From the IMG/VR virus record IMGVR_UViG_3300029983_000007, positions 266,209 to 330,208 of that record: DNA of 64,000 nucleotides; one strand, given 5' to 3'. Positions 48,552 to 60,116 of the stretch are shown piece after piece. The number at the start of each line of letters is the position of its first letter. Position 1 is the stretch's first letter. The position numbers were made by a program, and so were the translations under genes. The notes below the pieces were generated by a model, which ran no database searches, was not told the DNA's origin, and saw only the letters and a program-made list of their open reading frames with translations.

Positions 48552-51500
48552 TTGAATATGTTATTGAGTTTTACTGAAATTTCATTATTTGTTGATACAT
48601 AAAATTTATGTAAATCAACTAAATCATCAACAAAAATTTCCAAATCTGATTTGGTTGATAATTTTTTTTCTTTATTCTTACTATATACTAAAGAAATATT
48701 ATTAGAGCTAAAACTCATCAATCCAATATTTTCATGTTCATTTTTACAATCATCATCATATTTTCCACCACAAAATATAATATTCGATGCAAACCAATTT
48801 AATGGATAATCTTCTCTATATTTCTCAGTGGAGTCTTTTAATGTCAAAGTAATATTAAAACTACTAACAATTGAATTATTGAGTATATTTTTAATATCAT
48901 CTAATACTAAAGTGTTAAATTTAACACAATCATAATCTCTAACTATATTTTCTCCATTTATACTAAAATGATATGTTGATTTATCATCAGAAAAAATATT
49001 ATGCATTAACAATTCTTCAAAAATTAGTATAATGAAATTTTTTATTTCTTCCATGATATATTTTTATATTCACCTAAATAGTTATCAAATGCTGTCATCC
49101 AAGCATATACATCTTCTTCATATGATGTATCTGGATCATAATAATCCAATTTGACTTTCATTGACATATCATCAGAAAAAATCAAATCATATTTAGCATT
49201 CCAGCTCAAGTCAGAATTTACAATTTCATGAGCTTCTATGTTTAAATCTATTAATTCACCTATTTTCATATTGTTTATTTTAATTCAATTCTTATTTTAT
49301 AATAACAATTTTCTAACCCAGCATTTTTCAGTGCGTTGTAAACTTTCATTGCTTCTTCTTCATGATTATATGAAGTAAAAACTTCAATTGCCACTTTAGC
49401 CTTACCTTCTAATTCTCCTCCTCTTATCCAAAGTTCACGTGGATTATTATTTAACACATTCAAATTATCATTCTTGTCGATGTAAAAACTTTCTGAATTT
49501 GCCATGATTATTTAATTTTTTTTATTGACAATATAATAAATACTATACCGCCTGAAAAAATCACAAAAGAAAAAATAAATGATATTATCGCTAAATCTAA
49601 TACACTAAAAGGTGATTTACCAACTAATGATAAAAGAAAAAAGAATAACCATGTTGTTAATATGGTATATTTCATTTCCAGCATAACTGAAAAATATAGT
49701 TTTAAAAATTTTTTCATGTTATTTAAGTTTTTTATAATTGTTATACGAAAAAATATTAATAATCAATAGTATAGGAAGAATAATTCCAGCAGCAATAAGA
49801 ATAGAAGATTGTCCTTTGTCACAAATATACAAAATAAAAATAGCAGACCAAATGAATACAGTTGATATAGAAATTCCAATTATGTCAGTTTTCATTTATT
49901 TATAATTTACATTTTTAGTTTTTTTATTATATTTAGGTCTTGAATATTTATTCTTTTTTGCATCAGTAATCCAATATTGAAGAAAATGAAATAATCTTTC
50001 ATTGTCAGATATTCCGCCATAATTAGCCAGTTGAAACCTAACTTCTCTACAAATATCTTCTGCAGATTTGTTTCTGCGTTGTTCACGTTTATTTACAATT
50101 GATTTCATATTGAACATTTTAATGTTATTAAATACAAAAGTAATAAATAAATATTACATTAAAACTAAATTATAATTTATTAACAGAAAATTATAGATTA
50201 TTATACCATTTAATATTTTCAACTAACTGTTTCCAGGCATCATCTATTTCATAGCATGATACCTCATTATCTAATTTATCGCACAATTTTTCGTATTCAC
50301 TATAATATTGTATTACTAAAATATCTTTATCATTAATTACGTCCCATTTTTTACAAACAGGCATAAATAAATCCCATTTAGCATTAAAAAGTAGTGGATT
50401 ATCTTCTCCATTATTATTTTCCAATGAATTTGCGATATTATCTAAATGTAATAATGCATCATCATAACCGTTACCCCATTCAGATTCTGATATAATATAT
50501 AATTCTTTTTCTATATCATATGATATACCAATGAATTTTGAAATCAGTTTATTTCCTTCAATAATGTTTTTTTTCATAATTTAGTCTATTTCTTCAATAG
50601 TTATTTTAACTTTTTTACCTATAAATTTATCAAAATCTTTATGCTCTAAGTTTTCATCCCAAGAGCACAATTTTATAAACATACCATTATCAGCATTTTC
50701 ATCCAAATCGATATGAAAACATTTGTAATGCATATCATCTTCAGTGTCCATCTCTTTTTCATTTAATTTATAATCAAAAGATACAAATGATTTTTCTTCT
50801 GTTGGTTTTTTTAATTCTTCCATTATTTATTTAATTTGTAAATTATTTCAATTTTATTGTAATCATCAATAATATAAAAATATCTATCATTTTTATATTC
50901 ATAAATTGATAATGTATAAATATCATCTGTATAGAAGCTATCTAGACTTATATTATTACTATAATTTTCAAGTTTCTCATTTAAATAATAATAGACAGTA
51001 GTATTATTTAATGCTAAAGTTATTTTTCTATTATCTTTGTCAATATACAATTGTCCATTTATCTTTTGCCAAGGTTGCCAATTATATAGAGAATAACAAT
51101 TTTCATATTTAACATTATTGACTCTTACTTTAACACTATCAATAATATATTTGTTGATAGGATATATATTTAAAAATATACCTGATACAAATATGAAAAT
51201 TGTTATTATTCTTTTCATTTCTATAATTTATTTAACATTATCAATTGAATCTTCTTCTGTTTCATTATAAGATTCATTAATATCAACATCAGGTGTCAAT
51301 ACAGTTGATTCAGTTACTTCAGTTTCAGGAATTTCATGTTCTACATATGAATTGATTCCAATTTCATTTACCCCCACACAATACGTTGCTTTTTTCATTT
51401 TATTTAATTTATTTGTTTTTTCTTTTTAATATAAATAATACTATTTTTAATTTCTAATGCGTTTGATAAAGATGCAATAAAAAACAAAAAAGGTAATATA

Positions 51501-52348
51501 AGCATAAGCCACAATGATTGAATCTTATTATTATCATTCAATAAAAAAATAAGAACATCATAAATTATACTCCAATAAATCATTTTTTTCCAATTATTAC
51601 ATTTTTTCCATATTTCAAAATATGACAAATTTAAATAATTTTGACATAAGAGTTCATCTGTCAACTCTTTTTCCTTTTCTTTAATTGAATACAATTGATC
51701 TTGTAATTCTTCCTTTGTTAATTTGCTTTCCATTTTATTTTAATCTTTTTAATTTTTCAACCTCAGTATCTCTTATATAAATTCCGTTGACTTTTTTACC
51801 CAACATGAAATCAGAGAATTTTAATCCAGAATAACATTGCACAAGTCCGTCAAATTTAGCATCAAATGGATTAGTGAAATGTTTATCACAATGATATGTA
51901 AAATCATGATTATCTTTTCCCCTTACTTTTGATATTTGATATCCACAAAATTTTTTAAAACTTCCATTTTTAAAATCCATTGAACAGTAGCTAGTACAAA
52001 TATAAATATTAAAGTTGTCATATAGCCATTTAATTATTGATTCAACTTCTAAATAACTTTCCAGTCCTTTTGGTTCATATCCTAAAATCTTGTATCTTTT
52101 TATTAATGTTTCATATTTCATTATTCTATATTTTTAATGTTGGTTTGTTTGACTTTTTCTTCTTTATTTAATATTGAATAACAAAAAACACAAGTCCAAT
52201 ATGTCAATAATGCTATGTTAAATAATAAAAATTTAATTTTAATCTCAACACCTAATACATAATAAGATATCATATCTATTAATAGATATGTTATTACTAA
52301 CATCAATAAATAATAGAATAATAACTTCATTTTTTTGACTATTTTCAT
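48548..52348 (-). other. Run of ~12 small hypothetical CDS (48548, 49042, 49275, 49508, 49896, 50191, 50581, 50823, 51404, 51735, 52121...)
   Basis: Abutting or overlapping co-oriented ORFs, several with TM helices. Confidence 0.6.
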
Positions 52349-52746
52349 TTTAGATACAATTTTAATAATGATTCACAAATATCTTTCCAGTTAATTGTTT
52401 TATCATTAAATATGCACATGACTTTTGTTTCATCATTAATAAATTCCATGGCATCATCATCATCATCAAGATGCCAAATAAATTCTGGATTATCTAAAAA
52501 AAATTTATATTTATCTTTCATATTAAGAAAATGAATATTGTTTTTATCAATGCCCAATTTATTTACAACTTCAAATAAATATTTATTATTATATGCACAT
52601 TTAGTAGTATCTTCAAATCTATCAGTAACAATATGAACTTCTATTCCTTTTTCGATTAAAGATTTAGCATATTCCTGAATATCAGTTTTTGATAATGTAC
52701 TATCGAAATCAAATGAAACTTTTAGTTTTTTAGTTTGACTGTTCAT
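52345..52746 (-). CDS. HAD-superfamily phosphatase-like protein
   Basis: VSFDFDSTL, HIVTDR, WHLDDD. Confidence 0.8.
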   Translation of the reverse strand: MNSQTKKLKVSFDFDSTLSKTDIQEYAKSLIEKGIEVHIVTDRFEDTTKCAYNNKYLFEVVNKLGIDKNNIHFLNMKDKYKFFLDNPEFIWHLDDDDDAMEFINDETKVMCIFNDKTINWKDICESLLKLYLK

Positions 52747-52951
52747 CAGTTTGATTATTAAAATTATCTTCAGTCTTGTCTTTGTCAGTTTTTATTAATG
52801 CGATTAAAATATATGGATATAATGTAACATTTATAAACATTAAGAATAAGATTCTGATTAATAATAAATCAACATTAAAATATTTCGACAATCCAGAGCA
52901 AACTCCACACACCATGCCATTTTTAGTATCTAAATAAAATTTTTCTTTCAT
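52730..52951 (-). CDS. PspC-domain membrane protein
   Basis: FYLDTKNGMVCGVCSGLSKYFNVDLLLIRILF. Confidence 0.85.
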   Translation of the reverse strand: MKEKFYLDTKNGMVCGVCSGLSKYFNVDLLLIRILFLMFINVTLYPYILIALIKTDKDKTEDNFNNQTDEQSN

Positions 52952-53181
52952 ACTATTTTTTTGATATTATTTAATTTTTTTTTTCTATATTCAGTATTAG
53001 TTATAAAACAATCCTCTGAATATGTAAACTCTGGATGTTCCTCAATATAAATATCATATCTTGTAAATCCTACTATATGATAATCTTTTAGAGTATAAAC
53101 TCTATCTACATACAATCTTGGTTTAGGATCATATGCACCTCTTTTATTCAATATACAAACAATCTTATCACCTGGTTTCAT
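52948..53181 (-). CDS. RKxKL-tail small protein
   Basis: MKPGDKIVC ... FITNTEYRKKKLNNI. Confidence 0.7.
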   Translation of the reverse strand: MKPGDKIVCILNKRGAYDPKPRLYVDRVYTLKDYHIVGFTRYDIYIEEHPEFTYSEDCFITNTEYRKKKLNNIKKIV

Positions 53182-53185
53182 AGGA

Positions 53186-54293
53186 TTAGTAAGATATTTT
53201 ATATTTTTCTAAAATTGGAATAGAATCAGGACGATTAATAGCTAACAAAGCTATATCATATTCTGTCTCGTGTTCACCATCTGTTAAATAACATCTATAT
53301 GTGTCATGAACGTCATCAACTTTAAGAATTAGATTGGCATCCACTTTTTCTGAATGTCCCCACATGTTTCCTAAGTTAACTTTACATGATACAGAATAAA
53401 CAGTTTTATATTTACTTTTAGTAAATAATTTTTTAAAAAAATTCATAATTGTATAGTTTTTTAATTAATTAGATATTTTTTATAAAATTTATATTTAATT
53501 TAAGATTTCATATTTAGCATCTACATTATATGTAAAATCAGAAGGAGTATCCCACCAATGTTCAGTTTTAAATGGATATATCCGAATTTGTTGTTTTTCT
53601 ATCCATTGAGGTCTGTTATATATAATTTCTTCTGTATATAACCAAACAGTTTTTGAAATATCTGTAATTGTTCTTGTCTTTTTATTTGTGGAAACTTCAA
53701 AATTAACATTCTCTATATCATTAACAAGTTTTACCATTGTTGGTGAATTGCCATGCACAACATTAAAATCTTTACTTAATAATTCTGATAATGATTCTCC
53801 AGGTAAATCGCATTTTGAACATCTCAAATATTTATCAGATAAATCTAATATTGCTTCAATTTCTGTTAAATATTCACCTTCTACTGTCAATTTCCATGTT
53901 TGTAGTCTATATTTCATATTCTTAATTTTCATATTAATAATAAATCCATAATATAATGTACAAATATACAACTATATTATGGATTAACCAAATAAAAAAT
54001 CTAATATTTTAATATTATTTCAAAGATTCAAAAAAATCTTTATCTTGATCGCAAACTTCCCATTTATTACATTTAGGACCGTCATAATCTACAAATCTAG
54101 TTATCTTAGATTTTGTGTTTTTATCTAATAAGCATATTCCTGCAGATGCATAATAATTTTTAAAATTTTTACATGTACAGCAACAATCTAACATAAATGT
54201 TCTCTCAAGAATAGCATCTTCTTCTGTGTATTCTTCTATTTTTTGATTTTCTATATCAAAAAAACTACTAAAATCTAATTCTTCTGTTTTCAT
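53186..54293 (-). other. Three hypothetical CDS (53186-53446, 53495-53971, 54015-54293)
   Basis: Co-oriented ORFs; last is Cys-rich. Confidence 0.6.
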
Positions 54294-54483
54294 AATTTAA
54301 AATTTATTATTCAGCATAATAACCGCCGTGTCTACCTATTTTCAAATATAAATATCCTAAAATTCTTAAATATCTATAACCTTGTAATGTATATACAATT
54401 CTAACATCTGTATAGTCAGCAAATATAAATTTAAATAAAGTATTGTTTTTTTTGAGTATGAGTTTTCATATTTTTAATTTTGT

Positions 54484-54577
54484 AGGAAGAATGACTGGAT
54501 TCGAACCAGTAATAATTTATAATTTTTTACAAATGCTTTTTTGGCTACTAGTTTACCGATTAACTTACATTCTTCTA
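54484..54577 (-). tRNA. tRNA-like gene with collapsed anticodon arm (possibly Leu-derived)
   Basis: Acceptor AAGAATG/CATTCTT, D stem AGTT/AACT, T arm ACTGG-TTCGAAT-CCAGT; anticodon region GCCAAAAAAGC barely pairs; extra 8-bp arm. Confidence 0.6.
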
Positions 54578-54579
54578 TT

Positions 54580-54657
54580 TGGTGGAATTATGGGAGTCGA
54601 ACCCAAGTTTAATCAATTTAAAATTGACGCTTTAATGGCTATAAAATCCGTTATTCC
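54580..54657 (-). tRNA. Atypical tRNA with TTA anticodon (would read UAA)
   Basis: Anticodon arm GTCAA-TTTTAAA-TTGAT, T loop TTCGACT, encoded ACCA end; weak D arm and acceptor mismatch. Confidence 0.55.
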
Positions 54658-54705
54658 ATTTTTTTAAGTATTTTAAATATTTTTGGTATATTAATATTTT
54701 AACTG

Positions 54706-54805
54706 TAGTTAAGGCGGGACTCGAACCCGCATGAGAAATTAATCTCTGAGATACCTCATTAATAGGATTTTAATCCTAAACGTCTAACCATTTCGTCACC
54801 TAACT
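54706..54805 (-). tRNA. tRNA-Leu(TAA)-like gene with 6-nt anticodon loop and 32-nt variable arm
   Basis: Acceptor AGTTAGG/CTTAACT, D arm ACGAAATGGTTAGACGT, TAGGA-TTAAAA-TCCTA, GCGGG-TTCGAGT-CCCGC. Confidence 0.75.
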
Positions 54806-55111
54806 ATCTCCACCTGAGTCTACGATGAATGGATGTAACCGATGTTTTATTTACTTTGAAAAAACAACTTAATCATCTTACTGAATAAAAAAAGTCACCT
54901 AAAAATGGGGAATTGGTTATTCCTAATCCATTTAGCACTAACTAAACCATAGTACAATCTGTATCATTTTTATACGTAAATGATAAATCGTTAAGTGTCT
55001 CTTGCTTAATTAATTGAAAATTAAATTAATAATATTCAATCATAAACTATATATAAATATTTTAAATTTGCAATTTGCAAATTGCAAATATAATTTATAG
55101 TTCTTTGTTAA

Positions 55112-55318
55112 TCAATTATTTAAGCTCTCTTTTTCTATTAAAAATTCGACAATATCGTTTGTTAAATATGCTGTTGATTCTAGAGTATCTCCTGCATCAG
55201 AATGCTTCTTTCCTATTAAGTATGCATTTTGTAGCATTTCATTATTTGGTACATTAAAATAATCCATTTCATTTTTGAATCCTAACATATAGAATTCTAA
55301 TAATCTTTCATTTTTCAT
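55112..55318 (-). CDS. Hypothetical protein
   Basis: 68-aa ORF. Confidence 0.6.
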   Translation of the reverse strand: MKNERLLEFYMLGFKNEMDYFNVPNNEMLQNAYLIGKKHSDAGDTLESTAYLTNDIVEFLIEKESLNN

Positions 55319-55530
55319 AATTTATTAATTTTATCAAGTTTTTCTTTTCTTAATTCTTTTTTATCATAATATAAAAATGTGTATATTAATTCGTTATTAT
55401 CATTAAATGATTGTTTAAATTCTTTAATTTCAATATCATTATTGTAATTTAACCATTTGGTTATATCAGATTCAAAATCTCTCAAATCATATGAATCTCT
55501 CACATGGTTTTTAAATATTTTAATTTTCAT
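55315..55530 (-). CDS. RKxKL-tail small protein
   Basis: Ends LRKEKLDKINKL. Confidence 0.7.
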   Translation of the reverse strand: MKIKIFKNHVRDSYDLRDFESDITKWLNYNNDIEIKEFKQSFNDNNELIYTFLYYDKKELRKEKLDKINKL

Positions 55531-55534
55531 ATGA

Positions 55535-56236
55535 TTAAATATTTAAAATATAACAAAAATCAGGTAGAGCATCAATATAAGTAATGGATGTATTATCTTT
55601 TTTTGATTCATTATGAGCTATCTTATCTAAGTGAGTATGGCCACAAATTTGATGATAATTTTTTAATGATTTAGTCCATGTTTCAGTTTTATCAGCCCAC
55701 AATGGACCGCCAACCTGGAAACGACCGTTTCTTATATATCCACAATCAACTAAACAACTCAATTCAAATTCTTGTGCTAAATTTAATTTTTCTGCTATTG
55801 TACCTTCAAAATCTGATATTTTTTTAAATTCTCTCAAAAATTTATCATACCATCCACGGTGAATACCAGCATGAGTCCAAATATAATTTTCATATTGATA
55901 TGACATTTGAAATAATTTTAAATTGATGTGGAATATATCATACAAATCGAAATGCATATCTGCTCTATAACCAGTACAATATCCTAATATTTTCATTTGG
56001 GGTGGGCGTATTGCATATTGGTAATCGTGATTACCTAATAATAAAACAACTTTATCTGGATATTGTTTTTTAAATTCAATTATATCTAATAAATTATTTA
56101 ATATTGTAATATTACTTAGATTATATTCATCTACATAATCTCCAACAAATATAATTTTATCATATTCTGATATATCTTTAACGAATTTCTTCCATGAATC
56201 AAAACCATGAATATCACCTATACTTAAAATTTTCAT
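55535..56236 (-). CDS. Calcineurin-like metallophosphoesterase
   Basis: IGDIHG, FVGDYVD, LLGNHD, THAG, GHT. Confidence 0.9.
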   Translation of the reverse strand: MKILSIGDIHGFDSWKKFVKDISEYDKIIFVGDYVDEYNLSNITILNNLLDIIEFKKQYPDKVVLLLGNHDYQYAIRPPQMKILGYCTGYRADMHFDLYDIFHINLKLFQMSYQYENYIWTHAGIHRGWYDKFLREFKKISDFEGTIAEKLNLAQEFELSCLVDCGYIRNGRFQVGGPLWADKTETWTKSLKNYHQICGHTHLDKIAHNESKKDNTSITYIDALPDFCYILNI

Positions 56237-56408
56237 TTGATAATAAAATTTGAAATGTCCCTACTAATAATATTACATGCTACAACAATAGCATCTTCAT
56301 CTATATCGAATTCACTTATTTCAATTGAGTCTAATACGTCATCGACATTTTTAGTATCTTCAACATCAATAATCAATTTAAAAACACAATCAATTTCTAT
56401 CCTTTTCA

Positions 56409-58533
56409 TTATATTAATATGAAATTTTCATTTAAATATTCTTCTGAATGAGAACCTAATGATGTTTCAATTTCATTCACATCAAATATAATATAATTAT
56501 TCATTGCAACTGATTCACTTATCATACCATATTCTCCTCGATGAGATATTATTAAAACATTCTCATCTCCATAGATATCTTTTCCAGCTTTTAATGTATC
56601 TTCGTGTGTTTTATTGAATGATTCAACTGCATTATTGATTTCATCAATAATTGCAAAATCTCCTACCCATTGAAACACCAATATATCTTCTAATCTTCTA
56701 TATCTTTTCATGTTATTGTAATTTCTTTTATTGTTACTTTGATTTTATCATTGATAACATTCATTCTTTCAGATAATGAAATATCGTGTTCCATAGAATG
56801 TTCTAAATGATCTATATTCCTATAACCATTACAATCTAAATCAACTTCAAGTCCAAATTCTTTAAGAGCTTTTACAATTGCTAATGTAACTGTAGATTTG
56901 CCTATAGCTGTTGCTCCTTCAACTTTAATAGTAATATTATTTTTGTTCATTATTTTTGTTTTTATTTTGTGTTGTTTTTTTTTCTAAATATAAAAAATAT
57001 TTTAAATATGCTAAAAAAAAGACTGATATGATTACAATTTGTAATTTAATATCAAAAGGATAAGACATTAGATATCCTAAAACTCCAAATGATATAATAA
57101 GTATAAATAATTTAAAATATGTTGTTTTTTTCATTTTAATTTTCATTTTTCATAATACAAATTTTTAAAATCTATTCTAAATTTATATTCAGATGCATTT
57201 TTATCAACTGTAATATATTTAAGTTTAAAATTATTAACTATTGGACTTAATAATTCAGAACCAATTAAAAAATATTCAGTATCTTCACTGATAGTATCTT
57301 TATCAAGAGTACTATCATTATAAGTTTGAACGAATAAAACATAGTTATTTTTAACTCCTATAACTTTTTTATTTATTTTAATCTCTTGTTTAAATGGATC
57401 ATTTTTATAAATATTATAACTCCATGTTTGACCAACTTCAATTTTTTGTTTAATAGTAGGTGTCATTAAAGTTACATAATCTTCTTTTTCTGATTCTTGA
57501 CTAATCATAGTTCCAAATTGAAAAGACATAAATGAAACGAACGCTATACCTACAACAATTAGAGCGTGTTTAAAAGATGATAATCTCCTAGATTGCTTGT
57601 AATCATAATAATCATTTTCTTCCATAATAAAATTTAAATTATTTTTTGTTTAATATAACATTTCACAAAGATACAATAAAATATTGATATATTGTTTATA
57701 TAGTAATATTTTTTTTATGTTTAACTTTAAAATCTAATATTTGATAAGCCATATTTTTTTAATATGGTATAAAAACTTGTCCAGGTTACAAAATATTGAT
57801 TCTTATTGTGATGAGATTCGTAAATGATGCAAATTTCAGTGTCTCCTTCTAATATTGGCTTAGAAATACTGATACATGGTTTAGAACTACTATAAGGAAT
57901 TACAAAAATTTCAGTTGGTGATTTTTCAATAAATAATTTTTTTATTTCATGAAATGTCAATTCAATTTCAATTTGTTTTGTTATTGTTTCAATTCTTATT
58001 AATCTATTATCTGTCATTTTTTATATAATTTTTAAGGAAGTGATAAACTAAATGGCGAATATACATAAACATTAGCATCTATTGATATTATTCCACCGTG
58101 TTTAGTTTTAAAATAGTCAAATATAGCCATCTCAGCTTCAAAGAATGAATCATAATGATAATTAAAATTTATCAACATATGTACACTCACATCACTTGCT
58201 ATCACCCAACCAATAAAATTCTTCTTATATACTACAAAATATGTTTTATTATGTTGATATGTATGAACTTGTTTAATTATTTTAAATTTATCCATATGTT
58301 TAATATTTAGGAAATGCATGATTTTTATCTAACCAATAAATTGAGCCACACCACAATTTAGTCCAAAAATAGTCATGATTAAATATTGATAAAAACATAA
58401 AAATGATTGCGAATGGAAATAATACTAAACCGATAATACAATAATTAATTGTAATAAATATCATTTTTAATATACTTAAAATTATCAGCAATAAAATTTT
58501 AATTATCAGCAATAAAATTTTAATTATTTTCAT
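56409..58533 (-). other. Run of hypothetical CDS (56409, 56708, 56937, 57143, 57727, 58032, 58300)
   Basis: Co-oriented ORFs; 56708 has a P-loop-like GATAIGKST; several TM proteins. Confidence 0.6.
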
Positions 58534-58535
58534 GT

Positions 58536-58805
58536 TTATTTGTTATTTTCATTAATTTCATCTAATTTTTCTTTTCTTAAATTCATTGGATCAATAGTAA
58601 GCAATTTATCTAATTCTGATAGAACTTTATTTACTTCTTCAGATGAATCAAAATCAATAATCAATTCACAGATACCATCTTTAGATTTCCTTTCAACTAT
58701 AATATTCCAAAAATTTAATCTATCGCAAGGATAATATGCAAATATGCTATTTAAATTTAATCTATAAATACCAATTTTAATACACTTTTTTATTTTACAT
58801 TTCAT
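58536..58805 (-). CDS. RKxKL-tail small protein
   Basis: Ends LRKEKLDEIN; paralog of 58795. Confidence 0.7.
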   Translation of the reverse strand: MKCKIKKCIKIGIYRLNLNSIFAYYPCDRLNFWNIIVERKSKDGICELIIDFDSSEEVNKVLSELDKLLTIDPMNLRKEKLDEINENNK

Positions 58806-59055
58806 CTTTATTTAACTCAATAAGTTTCTCTTTTCTTTTGTAGTTATTAATATTTAAAACAAACAAAGAATCTAATTCATCTATTGTTATTTTCAAATCT
58901 AATTCGTTTTCAAAAGATATATCAAATTCGTCTATATTATCCAGTAACAGACGTTCAATAACAAGATTTTTATTATTATAAGTATAGTAGCCAAATATAC
59001 TATCAATTTTTATTCTTCTACCTCCAATTATTATTTTATCTTTATCTATTACCAT
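58795..59055 (-). CDS. RKxKL-tail small protein
   Basis: Ends KRKEKLIELN. Confidence 0.7.
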   Translation of the reverse strand: MVIDKDKIIIGGRRIKIDSIFGYYTYNNKNLVIERLLLDNIDEFDISFENELDLKITIDELDSLFVLNINNYKRKEKLIELNKDEM

Positions 59056-59387
59056 AAATCTTCTGATGTTAATTCACTACCTAATAACTTATTTTTTAAT
59101 TGCCCATTTGATTTAACTAATTCTAATGCTTCTTCTCTTGTTAGAAATCTATTTTTTGTAGTTAGAAATCCCTGTACTGTTAACTCACCATATTTTTCAA
59201 ATGGATAAATTCTATTTGTTTGTTCAAATATAGAAGGATGACGATTACCGCTATATACAATTCCTTTATTTATATTATATGGTTTATATAAATAATCAAT
59301 TCCGTCATCAATCCAATTTGCTGCACACACAACATATTCTATCTCACCATTATTAAGGTGGACTTCTAATCTTTCTTTGTCTATCAT
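59049..59387 (-). CDS. Conserved-looking phage hypothetical protein
   Basis: VVCAA...SGNRH...QGFLTTKNRFLTREEA...LTSEDLW. Confidence 0.7.
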   Translation of the reverse strand: MIDKERLEVHLNNGEIEYVVCAANWIDDGIDYLYKPYNINKGIVYSGNRHPSIFEQTNRIYPFEKYGELTVQGFLTTKNRFLTREEALELVKSNGQLKNKLLGSELTSEDLW

Positions 59388-60109
59388 TTACAATTCATGG
59401 TTTTGTTCCAACTTTTTATTACAACATCTCTCAATGTATCAAGAGTAAAATCATCATATACTAATTCCTCAGAATTTTGTCTCATTTCTAATCCACAAGT
59501 GTTACATTTAACATAAGCATAACCACAATTATTTAATCCTGTATGACTACAATTAACTTCAGCATTACCTCCACAAACACATTTACTAACACCACTTTCA
59601 GAAAATGATGGATTCCACCTATCTATTAATTTCTTATAAAAGAATAATAATTCATAATCACCAATATTAACAAAGTCTAAATCACTAGCATCTTTACAAA
59701 TATTTCCATATGAAAAATCTTTAAATTCATCACCTGTAAAATTATTAGTTTCTTCTCTAATATTTTCTATCTCTCTTAGTATAAAAGTTCTATTCATCTA
59801 TTTTTATTTTTAATTATAATTTGGATAGATTATTGATTCAAATTTATCAGTTAATCTTTCTTTAATATTATCAATAGCTTCTTCTAGCGTAATAACATTA
59901 ATACCAATACTTGAAATATGAGTTTTAAAATGTTCATCATATTGTTCATCAGACATTTTTTTAAAAAAATTGCATGATTTGCGATTTTTAATATAATATT
60001 CTTCAATCTTTATATCATAAAGTTTAGTTGCTTCATCTTTATCTGAAAAAACTTCAATTATTTCAGATACGCATAAATCATATACTACCCAAGTGTCAAT
60101 TAATTTCAT
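59384..60109 (-). other. Two hypothetical CDS (59384-59797 with CVCG...CNTC Zn ribbon; 59810-60109)
   Basis: Co-oriented ORFs. Confidence 0.6.
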
Positions 60110-60116
60110 AACATTT

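Noticed and set aside
54305-54345. Possible additional tRNA (GGTAGACACGGCGG D-loop-like fragment on minus strand)
   Set aside because: No T arm or acceptor stem found; at most a relic.
54810-54850. Theta/HDV-like ribozyme beside the tRNA-Leu-like gene
   Set aside because: It lies 5' rather than 3' of the tRNA and I could not fold a nested double pseudoknot.
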